Assembly: GCA_937870795.1 (NCBI GenBank)
Contig: CALMWS010000074.1
Coordinates: forward strand, 7,159 to 71,158
From: an uncultured Bacteroidota bacterium
GTDB taxonomy: Bacteria > Bacteroidota > Bacteroidia > Chitinophagales > Saprospiraceae
Length of the DNA: 64,000 nucleotides
Direction: 5' to 3'
A program made the translations under genes and the position numbers. This document shows, piece by piece, positions 1 to 9,963 of the stretch. The stretch's first letter is position 1. Each line of letters starts with the position of its first letter. Below the pieces are notes generated by a model, which was not told the DNA's origin, ran no database searches, and saw only the letters and a list, made by a program, of their open reading frames with translations.

Positions 1-1258
1 CAGCCTTACGCAACAGTTGCAGGCAGAAGGCATTGATGTCAACTATACCGAAGACCTCGATGTGTTGCCGCAAAAGATCGACCTTGTTGTGTACACACCT
101 GCTGTACCCAGGGATCATAAACAATTGGTGCACCTGCTCAATACAGGGGTACCCGTGATGAAAAGGGCCCAGGTATTGGGTCTCATTTCACAACAGCAGA
201 AAACCATTGCGATAGCAGGCACCCATGGCAAGACTACCACTTCGTCGATGGTAACACATGTATTGAAGAGCTGTGACGAATCGGTTTCTGCTTTTCTGGG
301 CGGCATCCTCAGCGGCTACAATACCAACTATTTTCTGGGCGACAGTGAATGGGTAGTAGTAGAAGCGGATGAGTTTGACAGATCCTTTTTGCACCTCACA
401 CCGGAGATTGCGGCCGTCAATTCCATTGATCCGGACCACCTGGATATTTATGGTACAGCCGATAAGGTGACTGAAGCTTATATAGCCTTCATACAAAAGA
501 CACGGCAGGGGAGCACAGTGTTGTTGTCGCAGCAAGCAGCCAGTGATCTTGGCCCTGAGATAGTAAACGCATTGCGTTTGCAGTACAAAGTAATGACTTA
601 TGGCTTTGACGAAGCCAATGATATTAAACTTGAAATCAAAGGGGTAGAGCATGGCAAAGTCATCTTTGATTTTTTCAGTCCGATGGGCAGCATTGAATCA
701 ATAGCCAGCAGGATGCCCGGCCAGCACAATGTATCGAATGCGGCTGTGGCTATTGCGGTGGCACTGCTGCTTGGAAAAGATAAAAACGCTATAGCCAACG
801 GTGTAAGTACTTTCAAAGGAGTGAAACGTAGGTTCGAGTGGATTGTTGATGGACCCAAAGTTTACATCGATGACTATGCACATCATCCCACAGAATTGAA
901 GATGGCCATTGGTGCCGCAAGAATGATGTTTCCGGGTAAAAAATTGCTGGGTATTTTCCAACCCCATCTTTTTACAAGAACCCGTGATTTTGCAGATGGT
1001 TTTGCAGAAGAACTGGCAAAACTCGATGAAGTCATTCTTATGGAAATTTACCCTGCGAGAGAAGAAGCCATCGAGGGTGTCAATGCTCAACTGCTATTGG
1101 ATAAAATGAAACACAGCCACGCAGCATTGATGGACAGGCCACAGATCCTGGAGCTTATAAGCCGCGGTGATTTTGATGTGGTAATGACCCTGGGTGCAGG
1201 CAACATAGATACGCTTGTGCCGGAGATTCAAAAAATACTGACCGGTAAAAATGGATAA
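1..1258 (+). CDS. murC: UDP-N-acetylmuramate--L-alanine ligase, 5'-truncated by the window edge
   Basis: The frame of ORF 17..1258 stays open back to nt 1. It has the Mur-ligase P-loop GTHGKTTTSSM and a DDYAHHP motif. It sits directly upstream of ftsQ-ftsA-ftsZ, the canonical dcw order. Confidence 0.93.
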   Translation, partial: SLTQQLQAEGIDVNYTEDLDVLPQKIDLVVYTPAVPRDHKQLVHLLNTGVPVMKRAQVLGLISQQQKTIAIAGTHGKTTTSSMVTHVLKSCDESVSAFLGGILSGYNTNYFLGDSEWVVVEADEFDRSFLHLTPEIAAVNSIDPDHLDIYGTADKVTEAYIAFIQKTRQGSTVLLSQQAASDLGPEIVNALRLQYKVMTYGFDEANDIKLEIKGVEHGKVIFDFFSPMGSIESIASRMPGQHNVSNAAVAIAVALLLGKDKNAIANGVSTFKGVKRRFEWIVDGPKVYIDDYAHHPTELKMAIGAARMMFPGKKLLGIFQPHLFTRTRDFADGFAEELAKLDEVILMEIYPAREEAIEGVNAQLLLDKMKHSHAALMDRPQILELISRGDFDVVMTLGAGNIDTLVPEIQKILTGKNG

Positions 1259-2057
1259 ACGCATCGACATACCGGTATTGCGACAGCGCATCCTTTGGAC
1301 CGTTATCATGGCGAGCATTGGTATTTTATTTGTGTTGTCTGTACAACGCAAAATGGAGGTTGAAGTGCAGAAACTGGAGGTAGTGATCAAACCCATCAAG
1401 GGAAAGAGAAATCTAATCACTCCGGGAGAGGTGAAACAAATATTCAACAGGCATACCGGATATGATGTGACCCAAACGGCGGTTGAAGACATAGAAGTGA
1501 AAGCACTTGAAGCCCTTTTAAAAGCAGATAAAAGGATAAAAAAAGTAGAAGTATTCATCGATTCAGACAACAAACTCAATGTATGGATTGTGCAAAGACA
1601 ACCCATCGTGCGTGTGATGGATGGAAGTAATCGCAGTTACTACATCGATGAAGACGGAGACCAGGTGCCCATTGTGGAAAAATCTGCGATACGGGTGCCA
1701 TTGGCCACCGGTCACTTTGAATTGTATCAGGAAGATAAATTCAAGTCCGATAAAAAAGGAAAATTGAAGGAAGTCTTTGAGGTATCGAAAGCCCTCTTTG
1801 CCGATGAATTTTTATCGGCACTGGTAGAGCAGATCGATGTGACAGAAAACGGAGAAATAGTATTAATACCCAAAATAGGCAGACAGGAAGTAGTACTGGG
1901 AGACGCCTCCAATCTTGAGGAGAAGTTTGACAACCTCAAGATCATGTACAAAGAAGGATTGCCAAGAGAAGGGTGGAGAAAATTCAACGTATTAAAACTC
2001 AACTACAAAGGCCAGGTAGTGGCCCAGAAGAGTAATGAAACAGCATTTATTAACTAA
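1251..2057 (+). CDS. ftsQ: Cell division protein FtsQ (single TM plus POTRA-like region)
   Basis: 268 aa with one N-terminal TM segment (ILWTVIMASIGILFVLSV). The ATG overlaps the murC stop by 8 nt. It lies between murC and ftsA. Confidence 0.85.
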   Translation: MDKRIDIPVLRQRILWTVIMASIGILFVLSVQRKMEVEVQKLEVVIKPIKGKRNLITPGEVKQIFNRHTGYDVTQTAVEDIEVKALEALLKADKRIKKVEVFIDSDNKLNVWIVQRQPIVRVMDGSNRSYYIDEDGDQVPIVEKSAIRVPLATGHFELYQEDKFKSDKKGKLKEVFEVSKALFADEFLSALVEQIDVTENGEIVLIPKIGRQEVVLGDASNLEEKFDNLKIMYKEGLPREGWRKFNVLKLNYKGQVVAQKSNETAFIN

Positions 2058-2071
2058 CTAATTATAATACC

Positions 2072-3505
2072 ATGAGTACTAGTTTGAATCCACAAAAGAG
2101 ATTTGCCTGGCTCACCGACAAAAACACCAGCAAGCAGCCATTGGCGGTAGCCCTTGACATAGGGACTACCAAAGTATGCGCCATCGCCGGCATGATGGAT
2201 GAATTCGGCAGGCTCGAAGTGGTGTCATACGGTACTGTAAAATCTGAAGGTGTAGCCCGTGGCGTTGTGTCAAATATCGACAAGACGGTCAAGGCCATCA
2301 GAGAAGCAGTAGACATGGCAGAGAAGACAGCGGGTTGCAGGTTTAAGGTCGTTCACGTCGGCATTGCAGGCCAGCACATTAAGAGTCACCACCACATGGG
2401 CTACCTCACCAGGGCAGACCACAATGCGGAAATATCCTCGGAAGATGTGGAAAGGCTGATTAAAGACATGTACCGCATCGCCCTCCCCCCGGGTGATAAA
2501 ATTCTGCACGTGATTCCACAGGAATTTACCGTGGATGATGAAAAAGACGTGGTAGATCCCATCGGCATGTCGGGACACAAACTCGAAGCCAATTTTCACA
2601 TCATTACGGGACAGATCACTGCTTCCAAAAACATCATCCGATGTATTGAGAAAGCAGGGCTCGACATTGCAGACATAACGCTGGAGCCCATCGCATCGGC
2701 ATGTGCCGTGTTGAGCGACCAGGAGAAAGAAGCCGGTGTGGTATTGGTTGACATTGGTGGAGGCACTACAGACATCACCATCTTCAAAGACAACATCATC
2801 CGACATACAGCCGTGATTCCCTTTGGTGGCAACATCATAACCGAGGATATCAAAGAAGGATGCACCGTGTTGGCAGATCAGGCTGAAAAGCTGAAGGTCA
2901 AATTTGGTGTGGCCCTGGCAGATATGATCAAAGACAATAGAAGAATCACCATACCCGTATTGAAAGGCAGAGAAGCCAAAAGCATCTCTGAAAAGAACCT
3001 GGCCAAAATCATCCAGGCGAGGGTAGAGGAAATCTTTGACTACGTGTTGTGGGAAATCAAACGTTCGGGATACGAAAACAAACTCATCGCAGGCATCGTG
3101 CTTACAGGTGGGGGAGCGTTGCTCAAACACATCGAGACCCTGGTGGAATTGCATACCGGTATGCCTGCCAGAATTGGCGAACCGGTTGAGCATCTGGCCC
3201 ATGGTTATACCAAAGACTTGTCGTCGCCCATCTATGCTACTGCCATAGGTTTGTTGAAATATACCATCGACAACCTGCCTGATAAAGTGTATGTAGAATA
3301 CAGCAATCAGGAGATGGCACAGGCAGAAGTAGTGACAAAGACTACACCTGAAATTCAAAACAACAGCAATGATGATTTTGACGATGAGGAAGTAGAAGAA
3401 GCGGTAGAAAGGGCAAGTGTAGAGTCTAAGTTTTTGGGCTTCATGAAAAAAATCGGAGTCTACGCCAAAGACTTTTTTGAACCTACTCCGGATCACGAAT
3501 TATAA
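2072..3505 (+). CDS. ftsA: Cell division protein FtsA (actin-like ATPase)
   Basis: Actin-fold phosphate motifs ALDIGTTKV and VDIGGGTTD are present. There is an acidic C-terminal linker followed by an amphipathic membrane-targeting helix, FLGFMKKIGVYAKDFF. Confidence 0.93.
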   Translation: MSTSLNPQKRFAWLTDKNTSKQPLAVALDIGTTKVCAIAGMMDEFGRLEVVSYGTVKSEGVARGVVSNIDKTVKAIREAVDMAEKTAGCRFKVVHVGIAGQHIKSHHHMGYLTRADHNAEISSEDVERLIKDMYRIALPPGDKILHVIPQEFTVDDEKDVVDPIGMSGHKLEANFHIITGQITASKNIIRCIEKAGLDIADITLEPIASACAVLSDQEKEAGVVLVDIGGGTTDITIFKDNIIRHTAVIPFGGNIITEDIKEGCTVLADQAEKLKVKFGVALADMIKDNRRITIPVLKGREAKSISEKNLAKIIQARVEEIFDYVLWEIKRSGYENKLIAGIVLTGGGALLKHIETLVELHTGMPARIGEPVEHLAHGYTKDLSSPIYATAIGLLKYTIDNLPDKVYVEYSNQEMAQAEVVTKTTPEIQNNSNDDFDDEEVEEAVERASVESKFLGFMKKIGVYAKDFFEPTPDHEL

Positions 3506-3534
3506 CCATTTACACAACTCAAAATTAAGAAGAC

Positions 3535-4950
3535 ATGAAATTTAATATACCTAATTATAATCATTCCATCATCAAAGTCATTGGTGTTGGAGGCGGAGGA
3601 GGCAACGCAGTAGGCCACATGTTCCGCCAGGGCATCGTAGGGGTAGATTTTGCCATCTGCAATACAGATGCACAAGCCATGGAAACAAGTCCTATCGAAA
3701 AAAAGATCGCGTTGGGTCCAAGCCTTACCGATGGTAGGGGAGCGGGATCCAAGCCTGAAACGGGCAAAGAAGCATGTATTGAATCCATTGATGAGATCAG
3801 GGGCTTTTTGTCAGATGGCACCAAAATGCTTTTTGTAACCGCAGGCATGGGCGGAGGTACCGGTACCGGTGCAGCTCCCATCATAGCCAAGGCGGCCAAG
3901 GAAATGGGCATTCTTACCGTAGGCATCGTCACCCTTCCTTTCCACTTTGAAGGCATGCGTAGAAAAAGGCAGGCATTGGAAGGATTGGAAAATCTGAAAA
4001 AAAATGTAGACGCCATCCTCGTAATTTCCAACGATAAGTTGAAGGAAATGTACGGTGACCTGACGCTTACACAAGCTTTTGACAATGCAGATAATGTTTT
4101 GTCGACCGCAGCAAAATCCATAGCGGAGATCATCACCGTACCGGGATATATCAACGTTGACTTTGAAGACGTTAACTTTGTAATGAAAGATTCAGGCGTG
4201 GCCCTCATGGGTTACGGCGAGGCTGAGGGCATGGATAGAGCGAGAACCGCCATCCACATGGCATTGACCTCACCGCTGCTCGAAGAAAACGACATCCGTG
4301 GTGCCAAACACATCCTGCTCAACATCACATCAGGCAACAAGGAAGTAACCATGAGTGAGATCGGAGAAATCACCGATTATGTGCAGGAAGAAGCAGGCTT
4401 TGGCACCGACCTCATCTGGGGCAATTGTATGGATCCGGCATTGGGAGATAAGATCAGTGTTACCGTTATTGCAACCGGCTTTGAAACGGGCAGCAACAGA
4501 GTCAAAACCGTACACCACGAGCCCAAAAAAGTGGCTTTGGACGACGAGCTGGAAAACGTAGCCAACATTGATTTTTACAGCGTCATGGATGCCACACCAT
4601 CGAGCAAAACCATCGAGTTTGAGCACGATGAGGTCATGAAGATCAAAGAAACCATCACCTTTAGCGATCCCATCAGAGATCGTAAGGAAGCGGAGGAAAA
4701 ACACAAAATGCAGGAGTTGGAAAATGCCAGGAGGATGTACAATCGTTCGACCACTACCATGCCACTGGATACCGCCGAAAACAAGGAGATGGTAGAGAAG
4801 ATTCCCGCCTACAAAAGAAGGGGGCTCATGCTCGATGACGATGATCAGGTACCAGTGGTAAAAGGCAACATCAGCACAACGGTGTACGTAGATTCTGAAG
4901 GTACCGTTGTACAGACAGGCAATTCGTTCCTTCGGGAAAAAATAGATTAA
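3535..4950 (+). CDS. ftsZ: Cell division GTPase FtsZ
   Basis: It carries the tubulin signature GGGTGTGAAP and the GVGGGGGNAV motif. A long low-complexity linker and C-terminal tail follow the globular core. Confidence 0.97.
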   Translation: MKFNIPNYNHSIIKVIGVGGGGGNAVGHMFRQGIVGVDFAICNTDAQAMETSPIEKKIALGPSLTDGRGAGSKPETGKEACIESIDEIRGFLSDGTKMLFVTAGMGGGTGTGAAPIIAKAAKEMGILTVGIVTLPFHFEGMRRKRQALEGLENLKKNVDAILVISNDKLKEMYGDLTLTQAFDNADNVLSTAAKSIAEIITVPGYINVDFEDVNFVMKDSGVALMGYGEAEGMDRARTAIHMALTSPLLEENDIRGAKHILLNITSGNKEVTMSEIGEITDYVQEEAGFGTDLIWGNCMDPALGDKISVTVIATGFETGSNRVKTVHHEPKKVALDDELENVANIDFYSVMDATPSSKTIEFEHDEVMKIKETITFSDPIRDRKEAEEKHKMQELENARRMYNRSTTTMPLDTAENKEMVEKIPAYKRRGLMLDDDDQVPVVKGNISTTVYVDSEGTVVQTGNSFLREKID

Positions 4951-4963
4951 GAGTTTGTAAAAT

Positions 4964-5003
4964 CGCGGGGCGGATGTCCACCCTCTGTCCCGCGTTTTTT
5001 TTT
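4964..5003 (+). terminator. Rho-independent terminator after ftsZ
   Basis: The stem cgcggg (4964-4969) pairs with cccgcg (4989-4994) and is followed by a 9-T run. It lies 14 nt after the ftsZ stop. Confidence 0.7.
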
Positions 5004-5100
5004 GAAACCAACCGGAAATCGCCCTCCCTGAGAGGAGTGGCAGAACTAAGATTTTCGTCTTTTTATATAATCTTACCTTTTTATTGAGATTGGTTTATTG

Positions 5101-5155
5101 TGCCCCGGTTCCACAGAGGTAGCCCGACCTTTATGGAGCCGGGGCAGTTTTTTTT
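5101..5155 (+). terminator. Second, very stable terminator-like hairpin (orphan; possible sRNA 3' end or nhaC leader attenuator)
   Basis: tgccccggttcca pairs with tggagccggggca (one G-U pair), with an inner agaggt/accttt helix, followed by T8. It lies about 100 nt after the ftsZ terminator and about 90 nt before the nhaC ATG. Confidence 0.6.
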
Positions 5156-5243
5156 ATGCAGTTTTAGAGGATATTTAAAAAATTGGGTCAAATACTTTTT
5201 GGATTGCTTCTTTTGTTATTTCTTTATTCCAAATTCAGACCTT

Positions 5244-6731
5244 ATGGCATTTCGCAAACTCAGAGAAAACGCAGAACTTTCACTTTGGGAAGCCCTCATT
5301 CCAGTAATCGTATTAGTAGCCTTGTTGGCATACAATGTACTTTTTGCATACAATGGTAAAGTCAATGCAGATGATGACCCCCTTGGCGGTTCAAATCAGT
5401 TTTTACTGCTGATAGGTGCAGCGGTAGCGGCCATTGTAGGTTTTTACAACCATGTGGAATACGAAAAAATGATTGAAAAAATTGGTCTTAACCTCAAAGA
5501 TACTACTGAGGCCATTTTGATCTTATTAATGGTGGGTGCACTTTCTTCTACCTGGATCTTGAGCGGCATCATTCCTACCATTATATATGTGGGCATACAA
5601 TTACTCAGTCCAGTGATTTTTCTGCCCATTGCCCTGATTATTTGTTCGATTGTATCCTTGTTTACGGGATCGTCGTGGTCTACTTCTGCTACGGTGGGCA
5701 TTGCCATGATTGGCATTGGTACTTCTTTGGGCATCAGTCCTGCTATGGTGGCAGGGGCAGTGGTGTCGGGTGCGTATTTTGGCGATAAAATGTCGCCACT
5801 TTCTGATACTACTAATCTGGCTCCGGCTATGGCTGGCACCACTTTGTTTGCACACATCAATTACATGAAGTTTACTACCTTTCCCACATACTTCATTACT
5901 TTGATTTCTTTTATCATCATGGGCTTTACCCAAAATGCCAACGGAGTAGGGGGAGATGAGATCAAACAATTGACAGCTGCCATCGATGCCAAGTTTTACA
6001 TCAGCCCGGTTTTGATGATCGTACCTGTGCTTGTCATCGTAATGATTGTGAGAAAAACCAAGCCCCTCATCGCACTGCTGGCAGGCACGTTGATGGGTGG
6101 ACTGTTTGCTGTGATCTTTCAACCCTCGCTGGTAGCTGAAGTAGCCAAAGTACCACAGCTGGATTTTAACGCTGCTTATAAGGGTGTAATGGAAAATATG
6201 GTAACGGATACCTCCATTGAAATGAACAATGAAAAACTCAATTCTCTGTTTGGTACCGGTGGTATGAAAGGCATGTTGAGTACCATCTGGCTCATCATCT
6301 GTGCCATGGTATTTGGCGGTGTGATGGATGCCATTGGTGCCCTGGCGCGCATTAGCAAGGCTTTGTTGAGTATGGCGCATTCTATTTTTGGCTTGTTCTC
6401 CAGCACGGTGGCTTCTTGCCTGACCATGAACCTTACTGCATCTGATCAGTACATTGCCATCGTAGTACCTGGTAAGATGTTTGCACAGGCCTACAAAGAC
6501 AAAGGACTCGATCCGGTAAACCTGAGTCGTACACTTGAAGATACAGGTACAGTTACATCAGCTCTGATTCCCTGGAATACCTGTGGTGCCTATCAAAGTA
6601 AGGTTTTGGGCGTGGGGGCAGAGCACTATTTCATTTATGCCATCTTCAATTGGTTAAGCCCTATCATGACCCTGACGTTTGCCTATTTCAGAATAAAAAT
6701 AAAATACCTTACTGAGGACAAGAAAGTATAA
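5244..6731 (+). CDS. nhaC: Na+/H+ antiporter, NhaC family
   Basis: Polytopic membrane protein with the NhaC-type motif SGAYFGDKMSPLSDTTNLAP. The ORF-track start (GTG 5100) runs through the 5101-5155 hairpin, so I chose the ATG at 5244 (MAFRKLRE...). Confidence 0.85.
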   Translation: MAFRKLRENAELSLWEALIPVIVLVALLAYNVLFAYNGKVNADDDPLGGSNQFLLLIGAAVAAIVGFYNHVEYEKMIEKIGLNLKDTTEAILILLMVGALSSTWILSGIIPTIIYVGIQLLSPVIFLPIALIICSIVSLFTGSSWSTSATVGIAMIGIGTSLGISPAMVAGAVVSGAYFGDKMSPLSDTTNLAPAMAGTTLFAHINYMKFTTFPTYFITLISFIIMGFTQNANGVGGDEIKQLTAAIDAKFYISPVLMIVPVLVIVMIVRKTKPLIALLAGTLMGGLFAVIFQPSLVAEVAKVPQLDFNAAYKGVMENMVTDTSIEMNNEKLNSLFGTGGMKGMLSTIWLIICAMVFGGVMDAIGALARISKALLSMAHSIFGLFSSTVASCLTMNLTASDQYIAIVVPGKMFAQAYKDKGLDPVNLSRTLEDTGTVTSALIPWNTCGAYQSKVLGVGAEHYFIYAIFNWLSPIMTLTFAYFRIKIKYLTEDKKV

Positions 6732-6733
6732 AG

Positions 6734-6768
6734 AAAGAGGCCGCTTAAACAACGGCCTCTTTTATTTT
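6734..6768. terminator. Bidirectional terminator between convergent nhaC and the fumarylacetoacetase gene
   Basis: agaggccg (6736-6743) pairs with cggcctct (6753-6760). The stem is flanked by an A-rich run on one side and a T-rich run on the other. Confidence 0.7.
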
Positions 6769-8002
6769 AAGAAATGATCTTTCCAAAACAATCGCCAAAG
6801 CCTATGCGGAAGCCATCGTCGTCATTGTATGCGCGGATATTGATGGCATCGCCGTTTTGTAAAAACTTGCGCTCCTGTCCGTTGCTCAGAGCTATAGGCT
6901 TGGTGCCTCTCCAGGATAATTCCAGCATCGACCCAAAGCTGTCTTCTGTGGGCCCGCTAATGGTGCCACTTGCACACAAGTCACCCACCCTGAGATTGCA
7001 GCCGTTGACGGTGTGGTGGGCGAGTTGCTGGCACATGTTCCAGTACATGTATTTAAAGTTGGTCTTACAGATGGTGGTCACGCTCCCATCTTCGGTGATG
7101 AGGTCGGCTTCCATTTGGATGTCGTAATTTTGCTTGCCCTCAAACTTGAGGTAGGGTAGCACCTCAACGGTTTGTTCAGGACCTTCTGTGCGAAAAGGCT
7201 CCAGGGCTTCCATAGTCACCACCCATGGTGAAATGGTAGATGCAAAATTTTTACCCAAAAATGGGCCCAAAGGTACGTATTCCCATCGTTGAATATCGCG
7301 GGCAGACCAATCGTTGAAAGTCACCATGCCAAAGATGTGATCAACTGCTTCTGAGGTTGAAACTGCTTCTGCCAATTTGTTTTCTTTGCCAACAACGAAG
7401 GCCATCTCTACTTCTATGTCGAGGGTCCGACAGGGGCCAAATTGAGGAGCCTCTCCTTCATTGATCTGGTACTGTCCATTTGGTCTTTTGATGGGTGTGC
7501 CTGAAGGAACGATGCTGCTTGCCCTGCCATGGTAGCCTATGGGCATGTGCAGCCAGTTGGGCAACAATGGATTGTTGGGATCTCTAAACATCTTGCCCAC
7601 ATTGGTGGCGTGTTCGATGCTAGAATAAAAGTCGGTATAGTCTCCTATGCGCAGGGGCATACATACCTCCACTTCATCTATGGGTGTAAAGATCATTTTA
7701 AAGACACTCTCCGAAAACCTACCTTCGAGGATTTTGCCTTGTATTGCCTTGCGCAGTGGGGTAGTGACTGCCTTGCCAAGGGCTATAAAATCATTGAGGT
7801 ATTGATTGATGAATACTTCCTCCGGTATGTGGGTAAATTCTTCAAGGCCCATGATGTGGATGAAACTGCGCACATCAATGACATAATCGCCCAACCTGCT
7901 TACTACGGTGTAGTGGCCATTTTCCAAAATGATACCAAACGGAAGGTTTCGTATGCTGAAGTCTGATGTCTTTGAATATTTGAGCAATTGTAATATATCC
8001 AT
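6767..8002 (-). CDS. fahA: Fumarylacetoacetase (FAH family)
   Basis: 411 aa. The N-terminal FAA-hydrolase region has NLPFGI. FAH-fold motifs are present: DYTDFYSS, GYHGRASS and FGMVTFNDWSARDIQRWEY. Confidence 0.9.
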   Translation of the reverse strand: MDILQLLKYSKTSDFSIRNLPFGIILENGHYTVVSRLGDYVIDVRSFIHIMGLEEFTHIPEEVFINQYLNDFIALGKAVTTPLRKAIQGKILEGRFSESVFKMIFTPIDEVEVCMPLRIGDYTDFYSSIEHATNVGKMFRDPNNPLLPNWLHMPIGYHGRASSIVPSGTPIKRPNGQYQINEGEAPQFGPCRTLDIEVEMAFVVGKENKLAEAVSTSEAVDHIFGMVTFNDWSARDIQRWEYVPLGPFLGKNFASTISPWVVTMEALEPFRTEGPEQTVEVLPYLKFEGKQNYDIQMEADLITEDGSVTTICKTNFKYMYWNMCQQLAHHTVNGCNLRVGDLCASGTISGPTEDSFGSMLELSWRGTKPIALSNGQERKFLQNGDAINIRAYNDDDGFRIGFGDCFGKIIS

Positions 8003-8004
8003 AC

Positions 8005-9963
8005 TTATTTTATTGTATTAAATTTTTCCTGAAAATGGATACTGAAACTCCATCTCTCCAAAAATCCCAGACCCTGATCCCTGTAGTTGTTGTTGATATC
8101 CGCATGATTTATTAAAGGAAGAAACAGCGATACATAGTCACTTACGGATAACCCCAGTCCTGCGCTGTAAAGGTTTTTCATCTTCCACTGGTTATTGGAA
8201 AGTTGCCGGTAGATTCCACCGTCGCCATATACAAAAAACCGGAAGGATCGGGTAACGGTGAAGAGGTCGTAGCTCAGATTTATACTGGCTGCAAAATCAT
8301 TGCTCAGCCCAAGTGAAGAGGTATTGGAGGGAGCATTTTTAAAGCCACCTCCCAAATTCCCTGTCTGGTTGTTGAGGATGCCGTTTTGATTTTTGCGCGC
8401 AACGAAAACACCATCATATGCATAGTCATTCCACCCTTGTGCAATCAATGCAATACTTCCTTTGGTGATGTAGTCAGAATAATTGGTACTCTGCCTCTCA
8501 TCGTTGGAAATAAATTTGGAAGCCCATAGTCGAACCGAAAAATTGCGTTTCATACTGGTTCTCCATGTCTGTTCAAAGGCGGCAGATAATTTCACAAAGC
8601 GGTGTTGTTCCCTAAATATATTTTCATATCCGTATCTTTCAATTTGAGAGTTAAATGCCCAATTGTATAATGTTGATCTTTTTGTTTGATCATATCGTAC
8701 TCTGAAAAGATTTGAATTGAGGTGAATAAAATTTATTTTTCTACCTTCATAAAGTGCAGTTTGTTCGCTGATGAATGCATATTCAACATTTACCCACTTG
8801 TGATTCTTGAAAGTAAATTTTATCCTGGGACTGATTCTATGATAATCGAGCGTATAGTCATCGATTTCGTTGGTATAATAGTGAAACTTTTTATAGGTTA
8901 GGATGGGTGTGATCTGGCTGATCTTTCCTTTATTAAGTCGGAAAGGTTTAAGAAAACCGAGGTACCAGTTGAAATCATTCTTAAACGAAAAATAAGGATT
9001 GACCACGTAATAAACTGCCTGTCTTCCTTTATTTTGATTAGACAATGAAAAGCCAATCATGTGGTTGCCTTTATCGGTATACCGGTAGCTTGGATAAAAC
9101 GACTTTTCCGATGACCTGATGGCGCCACGCGATAAAAACAACAAATTGTCGAGCTTTGCGTACCTGTTATCATCCACCACAATTCTTGATTTGGCAAGGC
9201 TGTCTTTTAAGTTGAGTGAAACCGCATGCATGTAGCGATACATTTTACCTGAAGAAAGGCTTTTTTTGTAATCAGGTCTATATAGCTGATAGGTCAAGCC
9301 CTTATTGTCCTTTTCAATTGAGGATGTCAGCCTTTTCTTTGTGAGGGCCATTTCAGGCACCTTAGCCGTGCTGATAAACGTAGCTCTTTTTTCGCTATTT
9401 GTATTAATTTCTTCAACAAGGGCTCCGGATAAAATAAAATAAAGAGGAGATGATTTTAGCATGACCAGATAGGTCCAGGTATTACCATCCAATGGCTGGG
9501 GCAGCCAACTACCTAGATAAATATAGTCCTCGTCATAGCCAAAATTTCCACATCTTTTGGGCAAGTCAAGCACAAAAGATACCTGGACACTCTTTGCTCC
9601 TCTAGGAAATGCCTTGAAGTTTTCTTGTGTTGCATCATAGCTTCCCTCGAGGGTCTGACCATCTGCCGTCCATACCAGTTCTTTATAGCCGCCCAAATCT
9701 TTGGCAGAGGCAAAATAAATACATGGGTTAAATTGTTTAAAAAATGAATCGGCTAAAAGTGTGTGTTGACCAGCATATCCATTGGGGCCCAACCTGAATC
9801 TTATAGAATCCTGCGAAACAGGTAAGTAATAGGTGATCGTACCTCTTATGGTTTTGTGGTCAACCAATTCCACTTCTGCCTTACAATCCTGACCCACTAA
9901 TGGGAGGTAACCCAGACACAAAATAAAAATCAGCGCAACGGTAACAACGGTTATTAGTTTCAT
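8005..9963 (-). CDS. Uncharacterised exported protein, probably outer-membrane (beta-barrel-like C-terminal half)
   Basis: 652 aa with an N-terminal hydrophobic signal or anchor (VVTVALIFILCLGYL). The C-terminal half is rich in alternating aromatic/Gly/Asn stretches typical of OM barrels. There is no HExxH or other catalytic motif. Its start overlaps the stop of the upstream AhpD-like gene by 4 nt, and its own stop lies 2 nt from the fahA start. Confidence 0.75.
   Translation of the reverse strand: MKLITVVTVALIFILCLGYLPLVGQDCKAEVELVDHKTIRGTITYYLPVSQDSIRFRLGPNGYAGQHTLLADSFFKQFNPCIYFASAKDLGGYKELVWTADGQTLEGSYDATQENFKAFPRGAKSVQVSFVLDLPKRCGNFGYDEDYIYLGSWLPQPLDGNTWTYLVMLKSSPLYFILSGALVEEINTNSEKRATFISTAKVPEMALTKKRLTSSIEKDNKGLTYQLYRPDYKKSLSSGKMYRYMHAVSLNLKDSLAKSRIVVDDNRYAKLDNLLFLSRGAIRSSEKSFYPSYRYTDKGNHMIGFSLSNQNKGRQAVYYVVNPYFSFKNDFNWYLGFLKPFRLNKGKISQITPILTYKKFHYYTNEIDDYTLDYHRISPRIKFTFKNHKWVNVEYAFISEQTALYEGRKINFIHLNSNLFRVRYDQTKRSTLYNWAFNSQIERYGYENIFREQHRFVKLSAAFEQTWRTSMKRNFSVRLWASKFISNDERQSTNYSDYITKGSIALIAQGWNDYAYDGVFVARKNQNGILNNQTGNLGGGFKNAPSNTSSLGLSNDFAASINLSYDLFTVTRSFRFFVYGDGGIYRQLSNNQWKMKNLYSAGLGLSVSDYVSLFLPLINHADINNNYRDQGLGFLERWSFSIHFQEKFNTIK

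Noticed and set aside
831-840. The tRNA T-loop-like string ggttcgagtg.
   Set aside because: It lies inside the murC coding frame with no flanking acceptor or anticodon stems. No intergenic gap in the window is compatible with a tRNA.
2270-3496. A 408-aa ORF antisense to ftsA.
   Set aside because: It is codon-aligned with ftsA on the opposite strand. It stays open simply because ftsA avoids TTA, CTA and TCA codons. The translation is low-complexity and Cys/His/Phe-rich with no motif, so it is a shadow ORF.
5100-5243. The N-terminal 48-aa extension of nhaC in the ORF track (GTG start).
   Set aside because: The extension is translated from the terminator-like hairpin and T-run. The ATG at 5244 gives a normal NhaC N-terminus.
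5601-6380. Long antisense ORFs inside nhaC. The same pattern occurs at 188..652, 1094..1606, 3561..4208, 13483..14082, 32312..32953 and 53614..54105.
   Set aside because: Those I checked (188..652, 5601..6380, 13483..14082, 32312..32953) are in the codon-aligned reverse frame of a well-supported gene. None has family signatures. They are shadow ORFs produced by codon bias.
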